Made by a program: the position numbers and the translations under genes
Shown: piece after piece, positions 28,947-40,109 of the stretch
Layout of the letters: each line of letters opens with the position of its first letter
Numbering within the stretch: the stretch's first letter is position 1
Assembly (NCBI GenBank): GCA_963665095.1
Contig: OY762069.1
Location: forward strand, 4,000,001-4,064,000
Direction: 5' to 3'
Length of the DNA: 64,000 nucleotides
DNA from: an uncultured Desulfobacter sp.
GTDB taxonomy: Bacteria; Desulfobacterota; Desulfobacteria; Desulfobacterales; Desulfobacteraceae
The notes under the pieces: model-generated
Seen by the model: the letters and a program-made list of their open reading frames with translations, nothing else
The model's database searches: none
What the model was told of the DNA's origin: nothing

Positions 28947-30932
28947 CTACAGTTTAAATCTGGCAACCATCTGGTTGAGGGTCTCGGCCAGCTTGGACAG
29001 CTCTGAAGCGCTTTCATGGACCTGAAGGCTGCCGCTATGCATCTCATCTGATGCCTGGCTGACCATGTGAACATCCTTGCTCACTTCGCCAGCCACAGCA
29101 GACGCCTGGTTGATGTTTTCATTCACTTCATGTACCCCCTGACCCGCCTGACTCACATTATGGGCAATTTCCTGGGTGGTGGCACTCTGCTCTTCAATGG
29201 CTGCCGCAACCGATGTCACAATGGTGTTAATTTCACTGATAACCCCCACAATGGATTTTATGGCAGCCACCGATTCCTTTGTGGTCGCCTGCACTTCGCC
29301 GATCCTGGCACCGATTTCGCTGGTGGCTTCAGCTGTCTGCTGGGCAAGGGTCTTGATCTCTCCGGCCACCACGGCAAATCCTTTCCCGGCCTCTCCTGCC
29401 CTTGCCGCTTCAATGGTGGCGTTCAGTGCAAGCAGGTTGGTCTGTTCGGAAATGTCGGCAATAGTCTCCGTCACTTTACTGATCTGGGATGCAGCCTTCC
29501 CAAGATCGTTTACCTTATGAGACACCTCTTCGGCCTTTTTCACGGCTTCCATTGTTGTATGGCTGCCATTCGCCGTGTTGGATGCAATTTCAGAAATAGT
29601 GGCAGACATCTCTTCGGCAGCGGCAACGATCATCTGAATATTGTTGGCAGTCTGTTCTGTGGCAGCAGCCACACCATTCATGTTTACCGTCATTTCTTCA
29701 GCAGCAGCGGCGACACTGTTGGCCCTTTCCGATGTATGTTCGGAATTGTCCGCCATCTGTTCTGAAATGGATGACAGCTCAGTGGATGATGACGTGAGCG
29801 TCTGAGTGCTGCCTGTAATTTCTGTCAGCATATCTGTTAAATTCCGGGTCATTTTTTTCATACTGGCATAAATACCGGTTAATTCCCCGCCGTTTTCCCG
29901 GAAAACAAACGTCAGATCGCCTGCCGCAATATGATCGGCAATGCTGGCAATATCAGAGGGTTCCCCGCCAAGCTGGGCCATGAGACCCTTGACAAACCAA
30001 AGGATGCCAACCACAACAATCACCAGAAAAACCCCACCAACGAGAATGGCCATCCTCTGCATGTAATGGACTGCTCCTAAGAACTCATCTTCATTCTGGG
30101 TCACTGTAATGCTCCAGCCCGTGGACTTGACAGGGGAAAATCCGGCAATTTTATCCACACCGTTAAACTGGTAGGCTTCCACACCTTCCTTTTGGGCAAT
30201 CATTTGTTCGGCAATTTTTTCCATTCCCTTTGTCTTGGCAATATTGGTCTCAAAAAGCCGTTCAGCAGAGGGATGCGAAATAACCAGTCCCGTTTTGTCA
30301 ATCATAAACGGGTATCCTGTCTTTCCAATCTTCACTGCTGTAATTTTATCACTCAGCCTATCCAGCTTGATAACAAATATAAATGCGCCGCCAAATTGAC
30401 CCGAAGGGGTATTTAAAGGGACTGCAAGGCTGACAATGGGAGATCCTGTGGCCTTGGATAAAAGGGGTTCGCTTAAGTTGCTCTGACCCTGTTTCGCAAC
30501 TTTGAAATAATTTCTATCGCCAATGGAAGCGCCAAGCAATTTTTGGGTATTGTCAGCTACAATTTCCCCGTCCTTGTTTGTAACGAGAATACTTTCATAA
30601 CGTCCATGGCATTTATTGAAAGCTGCCACAATAAATGCTTCCAGGTCATGTAATTCCTGCTTTGCAGCAGCTGCACCTGAATTATACACCCTGGAAACAG
30701 CCTTTATTACCACAGGGGCCTGGGCCAGTGATTCAGCATAAATATTTTCCTGATTAATAATTTCTTCTGCCAGCACAGCCAGATCGCGGGAAACCTGCAT
30801 AGCCTGAAATTCTGCACTTGAGACCAACGCTTTGGTGGATTTGCTCACGGAGAGATATCCAACAATAGCCAGCGGGAGCATGGAGGCAATAACACCTCCA
30901 AGGATCAGTTTGGATTTCAGCGATAGTTTCAT
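28947..30932 (-). CDS. Methyl-accepting chemotaxis protein with dCache sensor
   Basis: Two TMs; Cache-like YFK..., IGKTGY.FMIDK.G.VISHP; signalling [27 protein letters not shown]. Confidence 0.95.
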   Translation of the reverse strand: MKLSLKSKLILGGVIASMLPLAIVGYLSVSKSTKALVSSAEFQAMQVSRDLAVLAEEIINQENIYAESLAQAPVVIKAVSRVYNSGAAAAKQELHDLEAFIVAAFNKCHGRYESILVTNKDGEIVADNTQKLLGASIGDRNYFKVAKQGQSNLSEPLLSKATGSPIVSLAVPLNTPSGQFGGAFIFVIKLDRLSDKITAVKIGKTGYPFMIDKTGLVISHPSAERLFETNIAKTKGMEKIAEQMIAQKEGVEAYQFNGVDKIAGFSPVKSTGWSITVTQNEDEFLGAVHYMQRMAILVGGVFLVIVVVGILWFVKGLMAQLGGEPSDIASIADHIAAGDLTFVFRENGGELTGIYASMKKMTRNLTDMLTEITGSTQTLTSSSTELSSISEQMADNSEHTSERANSVAAAAEEMTVNMNGVAAATEQTANNIQMIVAAAEEMSATISEIASNTANGSHTTMEAVKKAEEVSHKVNDLGKAASQISKVTETIADISEQTNLLALNATIEAARAGEAGKGFAVVAGEIKTLAQQTAEATSEIGARIGEVQATTKESVAAIKSIVGVISEINTIVTSVAAAIEEQSATTQEIAHNVSQAGQGVHEVNENINQASAVAGEVSKDVHMVSQASDEMHSGSLQVHESASELSKLAETLNQMVARFKL

Positions 30933-31208
30933 TTAAAGCCTCCTTTTCCTATCCACATTCACGTTAAAAAACATAATCATCGAAGTTAAACGCACTACAA
31001 CGGCGGTAATGCTGATATAATCGTAATATGACATCTGCCGTATTTCCTGGAGAGTTTGAAAATACACAATTGTAATCAATAAATAAGGAAAAAGCAAAAA
31101 AATTACTATGGTTGGCTTTTTTTTAATATATCTGCCACTCACCGGCACCAATTATCACCTTGACCAATGGATAAGAACACTGATATAGGCTTTTCATTTT
31201 AGCAAGGT

Positions 31209-32363
31209 ATGACGGTGACACCATTTAAACACAGTTCAAATCCCACCATATTTTTCGGAACCGGAGAAATCAGCAGACTTGCCGGACTGGTTGAATCCTT
31301 GAGCCCTGTTTTTTTTATTACCGGTTCTCATATGATCAATACCCGGGCCTGGATTGAACTTGAAACCCGTCTGTGTCAGACGAAATGCCGGTTCCAAAGA
31401 GAAACGGTTCATGGAGAACCCGCCCCTGAAATCGTGGACAGCCTGACAGACCAGGCCCGTCAGTTTAAGGCTGGCTGTGTTGTGGCCATAGGTGGGGGAT
31501 CGGTCCTGGATGCCGGAAAAGCAGTGGCAGCCATGATCTGTCATGAGGGCGCGGTGGAGGAATTTCTGGAAGGTATAGGAAAAAAAAGACCCAGGGGCCT
31601 TACCTTGCCTTTCATCGCGGTTCCCACCACCGCCGGCACCGGAAGTGAAGCCACAAAAAACGCAGTTATCAGCCGGCCAGGCCCCAAAGGGTTTAAAAAA
31701 TCCTTCCGTCATGATGCCTTTGTTCCTTCAATCGCTGTAATTGATCCCCTGCTGGCAGTTGGCTGCCCCCCGGACGTTACTCTGGCCTGTGCCATGGATG
31801 CCTTAAGCCAGCTTCTGGAAGCCCGGGTTTCAACCTTAGCCACCCCCATGACAGAGGCATTAAGCCGGCAGGGGCTGCGCTCTTTCGTCCTTGGCAGCAG
31901 GCTGTTTTCAGACGACCTCTACCAAAGCAGTGAAGAGCCGGCACTGCGTTCTCACCTGGCCATGGCCGCCTACCTGTCCGGGGTCAGCCTGGCCAATGCC
32001 GGCCTTGGCACAGTCCATGGCATTGCCGGCCCCATGGGCGCCTTCACCCCTGTCCCCCATGGCGTTGCCTGCGGGCGACTGCTCTCCCCGGTATTTCGCA
32101 GACTGGCCGATGAAATGCCGGTGCCGGTTCTGGATGAGACAGGCGCCTGGCTGGCCCGGGGAGTTGATGCGGCTGCCCGGCCCGGGGATGGTCAGGCAGT
32201 ACTGGATATTCTGGATGAATGGGCAGCAAAACTGCCCTCCTTTCACCATTACGGCATCACGCCCAAAGAGATTGAATCTGCGGCAGGGGCTGCCGGAAAT
32301 AAAAACTTTCCCGTCCAACTGAATTTCCAGGAAATCCGGAATATTCTTCTGGCACTTGTCTGA
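31209..32363 (+). CDS. Iron-containing alcohol dehydrogenase
   Basis: GGGSVLDAGK, PTTAGTGSEAT, DA..Q..E, GLGTVHG, VPHG. Confidence 0.9.
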   Translation: MTVTPFKHSSNPTIFFGTGEISRLAGLVESLSPVFFITGSHMINTRAWIELETRLCQTKCRFQRETVHGEPAPEIVDSLTDQARQFKAGCVVAIGGGSVLDAGKAVAAMICHEGAVEEFLEGIGKKRPRGLTLPFIAVPTTAGTGSEATKNAVISRPGPKGFKKSFRHDAFVPSIAVIDPLLAVGCPPDVTLACAMDALSQLLEARVSTLATPMTEALSRQGLRSFVLGSRLFSDDLYQSSEEPALRSHLAMAAYLSGVSLANAGLGTVHGIAGPMGAFTPVPHGVACGRLLSPVFRRLADEMPVPVLDETGAWLARGVDAAARPGDGQAVLDILDEWAAKLPSFHHYGITPKEIESAAGAAGNKNFPVQLNFQEIRNILLALV

Positions 32364-32368
32364 TACGC

Positions 32369-33763
32369 ATGCCGCCTTCTTCAGAAAAACCGGGCATGCC
32401 CCGAAAAGCCTTTTTGAGCCTTTTGTTCACCCTGGCGTTACCCATCTCACTGCAGTATCTTTTGACCTGCTCCATGGCAGTGATCGACCTTTTAATGATT
32501 GGCCAGCTCAATGATGCGGCAGTGGCGGCGGTGGGCATTGCCAACCAGTTCGTTTTTATCTTTTTTGTCATCCAGTTCGGCATCCATTCCGGTGTGGCCA
32601 TTTTTACAGCCCAGTACTGGGGGAAACAGGATCTGTCCAGAATCCGCCAGCTGTCAGGCTTAGGTATTCTGGCAGGGCTTGTTATTGCATCGCCTTTTGC
32701 CTGTGCTGCCCTGTTTTTCCCGGCCTCTGTCATCTCTTTATTTTCCAGTTCTCAACAAGTCATTGAAAGCGGCGCAGACTATCTTGGTATTGTAGGGATT
32801 GTATTTATCCCCTTCTGCGTGACGTTTTCCTTTATGACCAACCTGAGAAGCATGGGCTTTGTCACCCCCCCACTGATCTCATCGGCAGTCTCCGTGGTTG
32901 TGAATGTTGTCCTTAACTACTGCCTGATCTTCGGCAACTTCGGATTCCCAGAAATGGGCGTGACAGGCGCAGCCATTGCCACATGCATAGCGAAAATCAT
33001 TGAAACCCTGCTTTTGACAGCCCAGGTCTACCTGAAGCCTTATCCTCTTGCCGCCACCGTAAAACAGATGCTGGGATTTGATTTCTCTTTTGTAAAACGG
33101 GTGGCAGCCACCTGCTGGCCGGTGTTCCTTAATGAATTTTTCTGGGTCACAGGTGTCAGCATGTATAAACTGGTGTATGCGCGCATGGGCACCACGGCCA
33201 TTGCTGCGGTCAATATTACGGCGACCCTTGAAGAATTTTTGTTTATCCCCTTTTTTGGGATTTTTCACGGCGGCTCCATTTTAATCGGCAACAGCATCGG
33301 GGCCGGCAGGGACAAAAGGGCCTATGCCTATGGAAAATTTATTTTACTGGCCCAGCTGCCCATGGCTGTGCTGGCAGGCATCTGCCTGATACTGTGCCGG
33401 AATTTTATATTGGGGTTTTATAATATTTCCCCTGCAGCCCAGCAAAACGCCTATTATCTGATGCTGACCACCGGGCTTGTCCTGTGGGCCAAAACCACCA
33501 ATTTCACCACAGTGGTTTCTATCTTCAGAGGAGGTGGGGATACCCGATTCGGATTTTTTATGGATTTAACCGGGGTGTGGTGCATTGGTGTGCCCATGGC
33601 TTTTTTTGCCGCCTTTGTCCTGCACCTGCCCGTGTACTGGGTTATGGCCCTGGTGGCTCTGGAAGAGGTGTTTAAACTGGTGGTGGGCCTGCCGAGATTT
33701 TTTTCAAAAAAATGGATAAAAAACCTTGTGACAGAGCCGGTGGTTCCCAAACATCTCCCTTAA
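32369..33763 (+). CDS. MATE family efflux transporter
   Basis: LALPI, D.LMIGQL, AQYWG, GNFGFPEMGV.GAAIAT, RGGGDT. Confidence 0.9.
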   Translation: MPPSSEKPGMPRKAFLSLLFTLALPISLQYLLTCSMAVIDLLMIGQLNDAAVAAVGIANQFVFIFFVIQFGIHSGVAIFTAQYWGKQDLSRIRQLSGLGILAGLVIASPFACAALFFPASVISLFSSSQQVIESGADYLGIVGIVFIPFCVTFSFMTNLRSMGFVTPPLISSAVSVVVNVVLNYCLIFGNFGFPEMGVTGAAIATCIAKIIETLLLTAQVYLKPYPLAATVKQMLGFDFSFVKRVAATCWPVFLNEFFWVTGVSMYKLVYARMGTTAIAAVNITATLEEFLFIPFFGIFHGGSILIGNSIGAGRDKRAYAYGKFILLAQLPMAVLAGICLILCRNFILGFYNISPAAQQNAYYLMLTTGLVLWAKTTNFTTVVSIFRGGGDTRFGFFMDLTGVWCIGVPMAFFAAFVLHLPVYWVMALVALEEVFKLVVGLPRFFSKKWIKNLVTEPVVPKHLP

Positions 33764-33881
33764 TGCAGACCGCTACCCCCTGGGACAGCAACACGATATT
33801 TGGTGTAGCCATAACCCAAAAAACAAATCACACATCTTGCTTGCCTTTTTATCTGCATTTTTAGTTGGGTAACATGAACAC

Positions 33882-36800
33882 TCAGCTGTCTGCTGAAAAC
33901 CGCTTATCCAGACCACTGATCCCCATGCCGGAGGATGGCTGCACCCGGATACAGGTATTAATCCGCTCCTTAAGCGTTTCAACATGGGAGATAATACCGA
34001 TCATCCGGCCGGAGGCATTCAGGCTGTCCAGGGCATCCAGAGCCGTATCCAGGGCCTGGGAGTCCAGGGTGCCAAACCCCTCGTCCAGAAACAGGGAATC
34101 TATGGATGTCCGGCTGGAGACAAGATCGGACAGGGCAAGGGCAAGGGCAAGGCTGACAAGAAAACTCTCTCCGCCGGACAGGGTCCGGGTGTCCCGCACG
34201 GTATCTGCCTGCCAGGTGTCCACCACCTCCAGGCCTAAGGGTTCGTCATTTTTCCGGCTAAGCTGGTATCGTCCATGGAGATGCAAAAGACGTTTATTGG
34301 CAAGCCAGAGCAGATGTGACAGTGTCAGCCCCTGGGCAAATCTGCGAAATTTATCGCCCTCGCTGGATCCAATAAGCCCGGAGAGATCTGTCCAGTCATC
34401 GTAGATAATTTTCTGCCGGTCAATCTGAGCACACAGGTCGGCCAGTTCTTTTCTGCGGGCCAGATCTGCCCGCTGCTTTTCCTTTAACTCTCCGCGCTGC
34501 ATGACAAGATCCCGGATTTCGTCCCGGATCTGCTGCAGAAGTGCCGGAAGATCGGCTGACATGTCAAATTCCGGCTCTGCTGCCCTGTGCGCTTTAAAAA
34601 GCGCTTCTGTCTGGTTTTCCAGGGCGCAGGCCGTGTCTATATCCTTTTGCAGTCTGAGCCCCAGGGCTTCAAGCCGGTTGCGCTCCTCCCGGGGAATCAG
34701 GGCGGATTGAAATGATTTTTCTGAAGAAAAAACGCTGCCGGCAAGACATTGTGTCCAGGATTGGACAGCTGCCGCCTCTTTCTGCACCAGGCTATTTTTC
34801 ACCTGTTCCAGAGACCGTTGCCGGCCCAGGAGCTGGTCTTTTTCGGTTCTGACCCGCTCCATCCGGGCCATGGTCCTCTCCAGGGACCTTTCAGCAGCCT
34901 TAACCCCGGCTGATAATTTTTCACGTTCCCTGGCTGGATCTTTATCCCCGAAAAGATCTTTCCGCCGGGCAACAAGACCCAGGCGTTCTTTTTCTATTTC
35001 TGCCCGCTCTGCAGAAAGATCTGCATGTTGCCTCTGGAGCAGCGACGCTTCCTGCCGGAGTGCCCCCAGTTCTGTTTTAAGCCCGGACAGTTCCTGCTCT
35101 GCTTTTCTATCTGCCTCAACCGCTGCCTGAAAGGCCTTTTTCATCGCCCGGGCAGACGCCAGCCATTGATCCGGATCTTTTTGCGGATCAACAGCCTCAA
35201 GGCCCTGAACAGGCTCAATGCCCCGGCTGATCTCACCAGACAGGCGGTCCAGACTGGCCTGGAGGGTTTCCGTCCGGGCGGCCAGATCCTTACCATACCG
35301 GATCAGCTGATCCTTTTCCTTGCCGGCCAGAGCCAAATCCTGTTGCAGGGTATGACGCATTGTTTCTTTGTCAGATATGGCCTCTTTCCCCGCAGCAAGT
35401 ACTTTTTCCAGTTGTCCCAGTTTATCAAGCTGGCTGCCAAGTTTTGACAGACGGGCATTTTCCCCATCCAGCCATGTGAAAAACGCCGCTTTGTCATCGG
35501 GTCCGGGACAGGGGAAAACACCTATATCCCGGCACAGGCCGTTCCATTGTTCCCGGGCTTCAGTCATATGGTCCGACAGCTGCAGGTTCTCCCGCTCCAG
35601 GGCGTCAAGTCTGGCCCGGGCAGCTGCCAGGTCCCGGGTGGAAGCCTCCAGCTCAGCTTTGAGCTGTTGCAGCGCTTCAGTTTTGTGCGCCTTTTTGTTC
35701 CGGGTGGAGTCAGGGTCTGCTTCTTTGTACCTCTCAATGCCGGGGTGCTCGGTTGAACCGCACAGGGGGCAGGCCTCTCCGGGCACCAGGCTGTTTCTGT
35801 GGACATCGAGACTTGCAATACGTTCCTCAAGGATCAGGGTCCGGTCCAGGTCCTGGATATGGGAATCAAGGTCTGTACACCGGGCAGACAGGCTGTCACA
35901 CCGTTCCTGACGCTGATTCAGAGCCTTTTGACCGGACTGCATTTCCTTGGCGATCCGGGTTACACGTATCTTGTCAGCGTCGTACTGACGACAAAGAGAT
36001 GCCAGTGATTCCCTAATCCGGGCATTGCCGGCCAGGCGCCTGTATCTTTTTTCAACCTCATCCCTGGCCCTGCCGTCCAGCAGGGTCTCAATGGCCTGTA
36101 CAGATTTGGCTGTCTCTTTACCCAGGTCACCCAGGGCGTTATCAACCTCGGCAATCCCTCGTTCCAGTTTTTGAATGGTTTGATCTGCCCGGCTTTTGTC
36201 AGAAAAATTTTTATCCCTTGCCGCTCCTATATTCCTCATATCCTTGAGCAGACGTTTTTTCTGGTCAAACAGGGAAGAGACCAGGGGCAGAATTTCGCTT
36301 AATTTTTCGTGGGAAGCATGTGTGGCCAGATATCGGGTCCGGATCTCCTTTTCCTTTTGAACAGCCTCTTCCCGGTCCAGCAGTATATTGCATCCACTGT
36401 CAAGCTCTGCCAGCCGCTCCTGCATGGACCTTAACCCGGACGTCTTTGTGTGCAGGTCTTTTGACATCTCTTCGATTCTGCGGTCCAGGGGAATAACAGT
36501 GTCTGCCATCAGCGCTTCGGTCTGCGCACACGCTTGCCGGGCCGCATCCAGACTCTGCTTTGCAGATGCAGTCTCCTTTATTGTCCGGTCCACCCGGGGC
36601 AGGATGTTGACCAGGCACAGATCATTTTCAGCCAGGTCTTTCTGATTATCCGCCATCTCTTTTTGGATGGCATGCACGGCATCGAAAACCGGTTTGATTT
36701 CCAGCGCAGGCAGGCAGGCTTTTAACCGGGCCAATTCATCGCGACCAGCCTCCAGGGCTGCCCGGGCCTTTTGGTGCTGTTCCCGGCAGGCTGCCATATC

Positions 36801-37565
36801 GGCCTCAATCCGTTTTAATTTATCCTGCCAGGCAATGCATGCGGACAACTGGTCAGCCTTTTGGGTTAACTCTTTTTCCCGGGAAAGAAGTCCGGCCACC
36901 TGACGTTCGATCTCTTCACGTTCATCCACGCTGAGCGGCGCCACGCCCCCGGCCCTGTCCCGGAGTCTTTCAAGCAGCTCCTTTTGCTCTCTGGCCTGCT
37001 CAAACACCCGTTTTGAAATCCTTGCGTAGATATCTGTACCAGTCAGCTCTTCGAGCAGTTCTGCCCGTTCATTGGCTGTGGCATTTAAGAATGCGGCAAA
37101 ATCACCCTGGGCCAGCAGGATGGACTTGGTAAACCGATGAAAATCCAGACCGGTAATGGCAACAATCTGTTCCAGCTTCTGCGTTACCTTGCTGGCCAGG
37201 ATGGTGCCGTCTGCACGTGACAGTTCCGCCTGAACCGGCTGCAGCCGCCCATCAGGGTTCAGTTTTGCCCGTCGCTGGCCCCAGAATGCTCTGAAAATGG
37301 TGCCGTTTACCTCAAACTCCACCTCAGACATGCACTCTCCGGTGTGCCGGGTCATGACCTCATTGGTTCCGGAAGAAACAATAAGCCTCGGTGTCCGGTG
37401 ATACAGGGCCAGACACAGGGCATCCAGGATGGAGGATTTTCCAGCCCCTGTGGGCCCGGTGATGGCAAAAATACCCTGGGAGGAAAACTCAGGCGCGTTA
37501 AAATCGATACGCCACGCCCCCTTCAGGGAGTTGATGTTTTTAAAATGCAGCTTAAGAATCTTCAC
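33882..37565 (-). CDS. sbcC: SbcC (Rad50-like) ATPase
   Basis: Walker A GPTGAGKS; CPLCGS zinc hook; LSGGE; LFLDEGFG; long coiled coil. Confidence 0.95.
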   Translation of the reverse strand: MKILKLHFKNINSLKGAWRIDFNAPEFSSQGIFAITGPTGAGKSSILDALCLALYHRTPRLIVSSGTNEVMTRHTGECMSEVEFEVNGTIFRAFWGQRRAKLNPDGRLQPVQAELSRADGTILASKVTQKLEQIVAITGLDFHRFTKSILLAQGDFAAFLNATANERAELLEELTGTDIYARISKRVFEQAREQKELLERLRDRAGGVAPLSVDEREEIERQVAGLLSREKELTQKADQLSACIAWQDKLKRIEADMAACREQHQKARAALEAGRDELARLKACLPALEIKPVFDAVHAIQKEMADNQKDLAENDLCLVNILPRVDRTIKETASAKQSLDAARQACAQTEALMADTVIPLDRRIEEMSKDLHTKTSGLRSMQERLAELDSGCNILLDREEAVQKEKEIRTRYLATHASHEKLSEILPLVSSLFDQKKRLLKDMRNIGAARDKNFSDKSRADQTIQKLERGIAEVDNALGDLGKETAKSVQAIETLLDGRARDEVEKRYRRLAGNARIRESLASLCRQYDADKIRVTRIAKEMQSGQKALNQRQERCDSLSARCTDLDSHIQDLDRTLILEERIASLDVHRNSLVPGEACPLCGSTEHPGIERYKEADPDSTRNKKAHKTEALQQLKAELEASTRDLAAARARLDALERENLQLSDHMTEAREQWNGLCRDIGVFPCPGPDDKAAFFTWLDGENARLSKLGSQLDKLGQLEKVLAAGKEAISDKETMRHTLQQDLALAGKEKDQLIRYGKDLAARTETLQASLDRLSGEISRGIEPVQGLEAVDPQKDPDQWLASARAMKKAFQAAVEADRKAEQELSGLKTELGALRQEASLLQRQHADLSAERAEIEKERLGLVARRKDLFGDKDPAREREKLSAGVKAAERSLERTMARMERVRTEKDQLLGRQRSLEQVKNSLVQKEAAAVQSWTQCLAGSVFSSEKSFQSALIPREERNRLEALGLRLQKDIDTACALENQTEALFKAHRAAEPEFDMSADLPALLQQIRDEIRDLVMQRGELKEKQRADLARRKELADLCAQIDRQKIIYDDWTDLSGLIGSSEGDKFRRFAQGLTLSHLLWLANKRLLHLHGRYQLSRKNDEPLGLEVVDTWQADTVRDTRTLSGGESFLVSLALALALSDLVSSRTSIDSLFLDEGFGTLDSQALDTALDALDSLNASGRMIGIISHVETLKERINTCIRVQPSSGMGISGLDKRFSADS

Positions 37566-38899
37566 CGGGATGACTCCTGAACGCCAGAAATGGCATCATC
37601 CGGGTCCTGCGGCTGGGTGGAAGCATTTTCCGGCGTCTTTGTCGCAATCTCATCAAGGACCTGATCAAACAGGCCCGTCAGCGTCTGTGCCCGCTCCTGT
37701 GGCAGATCCGCCATCTCCAGCCGTCGGGCAAAAACCTGTTCAGGCGTCAGTTCCTCCAGGCGTTCCCGGGCTTCAGAAATGTGCAGATGCCGGGGATCCG
37801 GGCCCTGGCGGCACACCCTGAGCAGTTCAGGGACATTTCCGGCAGGAAAAATTTTTGCGATCATCTCCCGGATACGTTCGGGCAGATCCGGCAGATGCAG
37901 GTCCGCGGAAACCCTGGCCTCCAGCCAGGCCTCCGGACGGCCACTTTTACCCCCTTCCGGTGTCCGGCCGGTATTCGCCTCTAAGTCCTGAAGCGCTTTT
38001 TCTATCTGTTCCAGGGAGCCTTCGACGGTCACAAGTTGCCGGAAAACAGGGACAAAAACCGGTGTTACACAGGCCAGTCCATCTGCCGTAAAATCAATTG
38101 CAAGGACCTGTTTGGGGTGGCCGGCCTCATCAAAGCTTAAAGGAATGGGGGAGCCGCAGTATCTGACATGATCCTGTTTTTTCACCTGCTGGCCCCGGTG
38201 AAGATGCCCCAGCGCCAGGTAGTCAGCAGGCGGGAACCCGCTGGCGGGAAACGCATCCAGGGTACCGATATAGATATCACGAACAGACTCGGAGGATCGC
38301 CCGCCCACAACGGTCAGGTGGCCCGTGGCCATGATGGGCACGGCAATTCCCTGCCGGGCCAGTTCATGTTGTTTTTCCTTTGCCGCCCCAAACACCGCTG
38401 CATAAAACGCCTGAATGGCATTGACCATGGCGGCCTGCCGGTCTGCACCGGAAAGGCCCATGACGCTTTTCATCAGGTCCGCCGGCCGTAGAAACGGAAT
38501 GGCGCACACAAGAAGACCCGGGGCATTGTCCCGGTTTAAAAACAGTTTGACATGTCCGCCGGCATCGGGCATGCGCCCGGCAACCACAGCCGTATGCAGG
38601 TATTCAAGCAGGCCTCTGCCCTCATTCAATGTGGCAGTGGCATCATGATTTCCCCCCAGGATCAGAATATTGCGGCAGCCGGTCCCCTGCATGGCCACGA
38701 TGAACTCATTATAAAGCGTCCTGGCATAGGAGGGCGGGGTACCGGTATCAAAAATATCCCCTGCCACCACCAGGGCATCTGCCTTGCGGTCCTGAATGGT
38801 TTTTACCAGCCAGGCAAGAAAACATTCATGCTCCTTCAGCCGGCTCTTCCCCATGAAATGCTGGCCCAGGTGCCAGTCTGATGTGTGGATAACCCGCAT
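37562..38899 (-). CDS. sbcD: SbcD (Mre11-like) nuclease
   Basis: HTSDWHLG, AGDIFD, GNHD, LGHLH, YCGSP; ATG 38899 overlaps the pldA stop (TGATG). Confidence 0.95.
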   Translation of the reverse strand: MRVIHTSDWHLGQHFMGKSRLKEHECFLAWLVKTIQDRKADALVVAGDIFDTGTPPSYARTLYNEFIVAMQGTGCRNILILGGNHDATATLNEGRGLLEYLHTAVVAGRMPDAGGHVKLFLNRDNAPGLLVCAIPFLRPADLMKSVMGLSGADRQAAMVNAIQAFYAAVFGAAKEKQHELARQGIAVPIMATGHLTVVGGRSSESVRDIYIGTLDAFPASGFPPADYLALGHLHRGQQVKKQDHVRYCGSPIPLSFDEAGHPKQVLAIDFTADGLACVTPVFVPVFRQLVTVEGSLEQIEKALQDLEANTGRTPEGGKSGRPEAWLEARVSADLHLPDLPERIREMIAKIFPAGNVPELLRVCRQGPDPRHLHISEARERLEELTPEQVFARRLEMADLPQERAQTLTGLFDQVLDEIATKTPENASTQPQDPDDAISGVQESSR

Positions 38900-39843
38900 C
38901 ACCGGCTTAATGAAACTCCAATCCGTAAAATCGATTCTTTTTTCCGGTACTCCTTGAGGCGTTCCCCATACCCGTTGAAATACTGGAGATGCAGATAAAG
39001 ATTGAGGCCGTTATTAAAGAATGCCGTTAAGGGATAGCTTAGATCCGCCTGGATGGTGGGACCTTTTTTTGCCCACCGGGTATGGGTATCCAGGCAGAGC
39101 CCCATGGGTCTGCCGGCCTGAACCTGTAGGTCAAAATATCCGCGATAGTCTGCCAGATCCGGGTTGGTGTCATCGTCGTTCACCACATAGATCCACATCT
39201 TGGGGGATACGGCCAGGTATGTCTTTTCAAACAGCTGAACAGCCATGACAGGCTTGATATAAATATAGTTTGTGGATCTGGAGTCGTCGCCATCCTTACC
39301 GTTGGACTCATGCTGGTAACCGCCCTGGATACCGAAAATCCTGATTCTGGAAATATTTAAATCAATCTTGGGCACCAGGTAAAAAAACTCAGGCTTATAA
39401 CTGGAATCATCAAAAGGCAGGGAATCTGATTTCAGGTCCCAGAAAGAGGTCTGGGTGTAGGCGAGATGAAAGCCATCCAGAAAGGTGTTCAGCCCGTTGC
39501 TGCCAAAGGGCTTGTTAAACAGTTTGTATTTAAAACTGAACTGGAATTTGCTTTTTTCCAGGCCCGGACTGGCACCCAGCAGAAAATAAACCGGTTCATA
39601 GGCGGACAGATTATTTAAAAAAGGCTGAAACTCAGCCTGTTTTTCCCCTATGCCCAGTTGGCCGCTGCCTGTCCGTTCTTCTTTTATGTTCTTTTGCACT
39701 TCTTCCAAACTATTCTGCCCGGCTGGCAACGAAACAGAAGATTCACTGCCCAAAGCAGGCGGCCGGAATTCCGGCACAGCAAGCCATAAAATAAACAGAA
39801 AACAAATTACAGCGTACCGGCTTATTTCATATGCGCGGGCCAT
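38899..39843 (-). CDS. pldA: Outer membrane phospholipase A
   Basis: KFQFSFK, YTQTSFW, Y.PE, catalytic HESNG, YFNGYGE.L; likely ATG 39843 after GGAGAG. Confidence 0.85.
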   Translation of the reverse strand: MARAYEISRYAVICFLFILWLAVPEFRPPALGSESSVSLPAGQNSLEEVQKNIKEERTGSGQLGIGEKQAEFQPFLNNLSAYEPVYFLLGASPGLEKSKFQFSFKYKLFNKPFGSNGLNTFLDGFHLAYTQTSFWDLKSDSLPFDDSSYKPEFFYLVPKIDLNISRIRIFGIQGGYQHESNGKDGDDSRSTNYIYIKPVMAVQLFEKTYLAVSPKMWIYVVNDDDTNPDLADYRGYFDLQVQAGRPMGLCLDTHTRWAKKGPTIQADLSYPLTAFFNNGLNLYLHLQYFNGYGERLKEYRKKESILRIGVSLSR

Positions 39844-39974
39844 GGACTCTCCAGTTAAGCAACTTTTCAGGTAAACGGTTCTGATATGCGGAAAAACTTT
39901 CCTTAAGAACCGCAATAACCAGTCACACCTAATTTAGATATCCCTGTGCTGTCAAGATAAAAAATCGACCACCC

Positions 39975-40023
39975 TTGACCTGACGCCAAAAGAAATTAAC
40001 TTAATTCAAGACAAGTAATGTCT
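39975..40023 (+). promoter_or_regulatory. Nitroreductase promoter with a downstream palindrome
   Basis: TTGACC-N16-TAACTT followed by AGACA-N5-TGTCT (40009-40023). Confidence 0.45.
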
Positions 40024-40109
40024 GACTAACTATAAAAGCCAAGTTAAAAACCGACCCTCAAAACCGAAACCTGAGTTTTGACCGGAAAATAAAATATAAA
40101 GGAAAACAC

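Noticed and set aside
30933..31208. c-di-GMP riboswitch or sigma28 promoter upstream of the MCP; 72-aa ORF
   Set aside because: No GEMM consensus or convincing TAAA-N15-GCCGATAA found; the ORF lacks support
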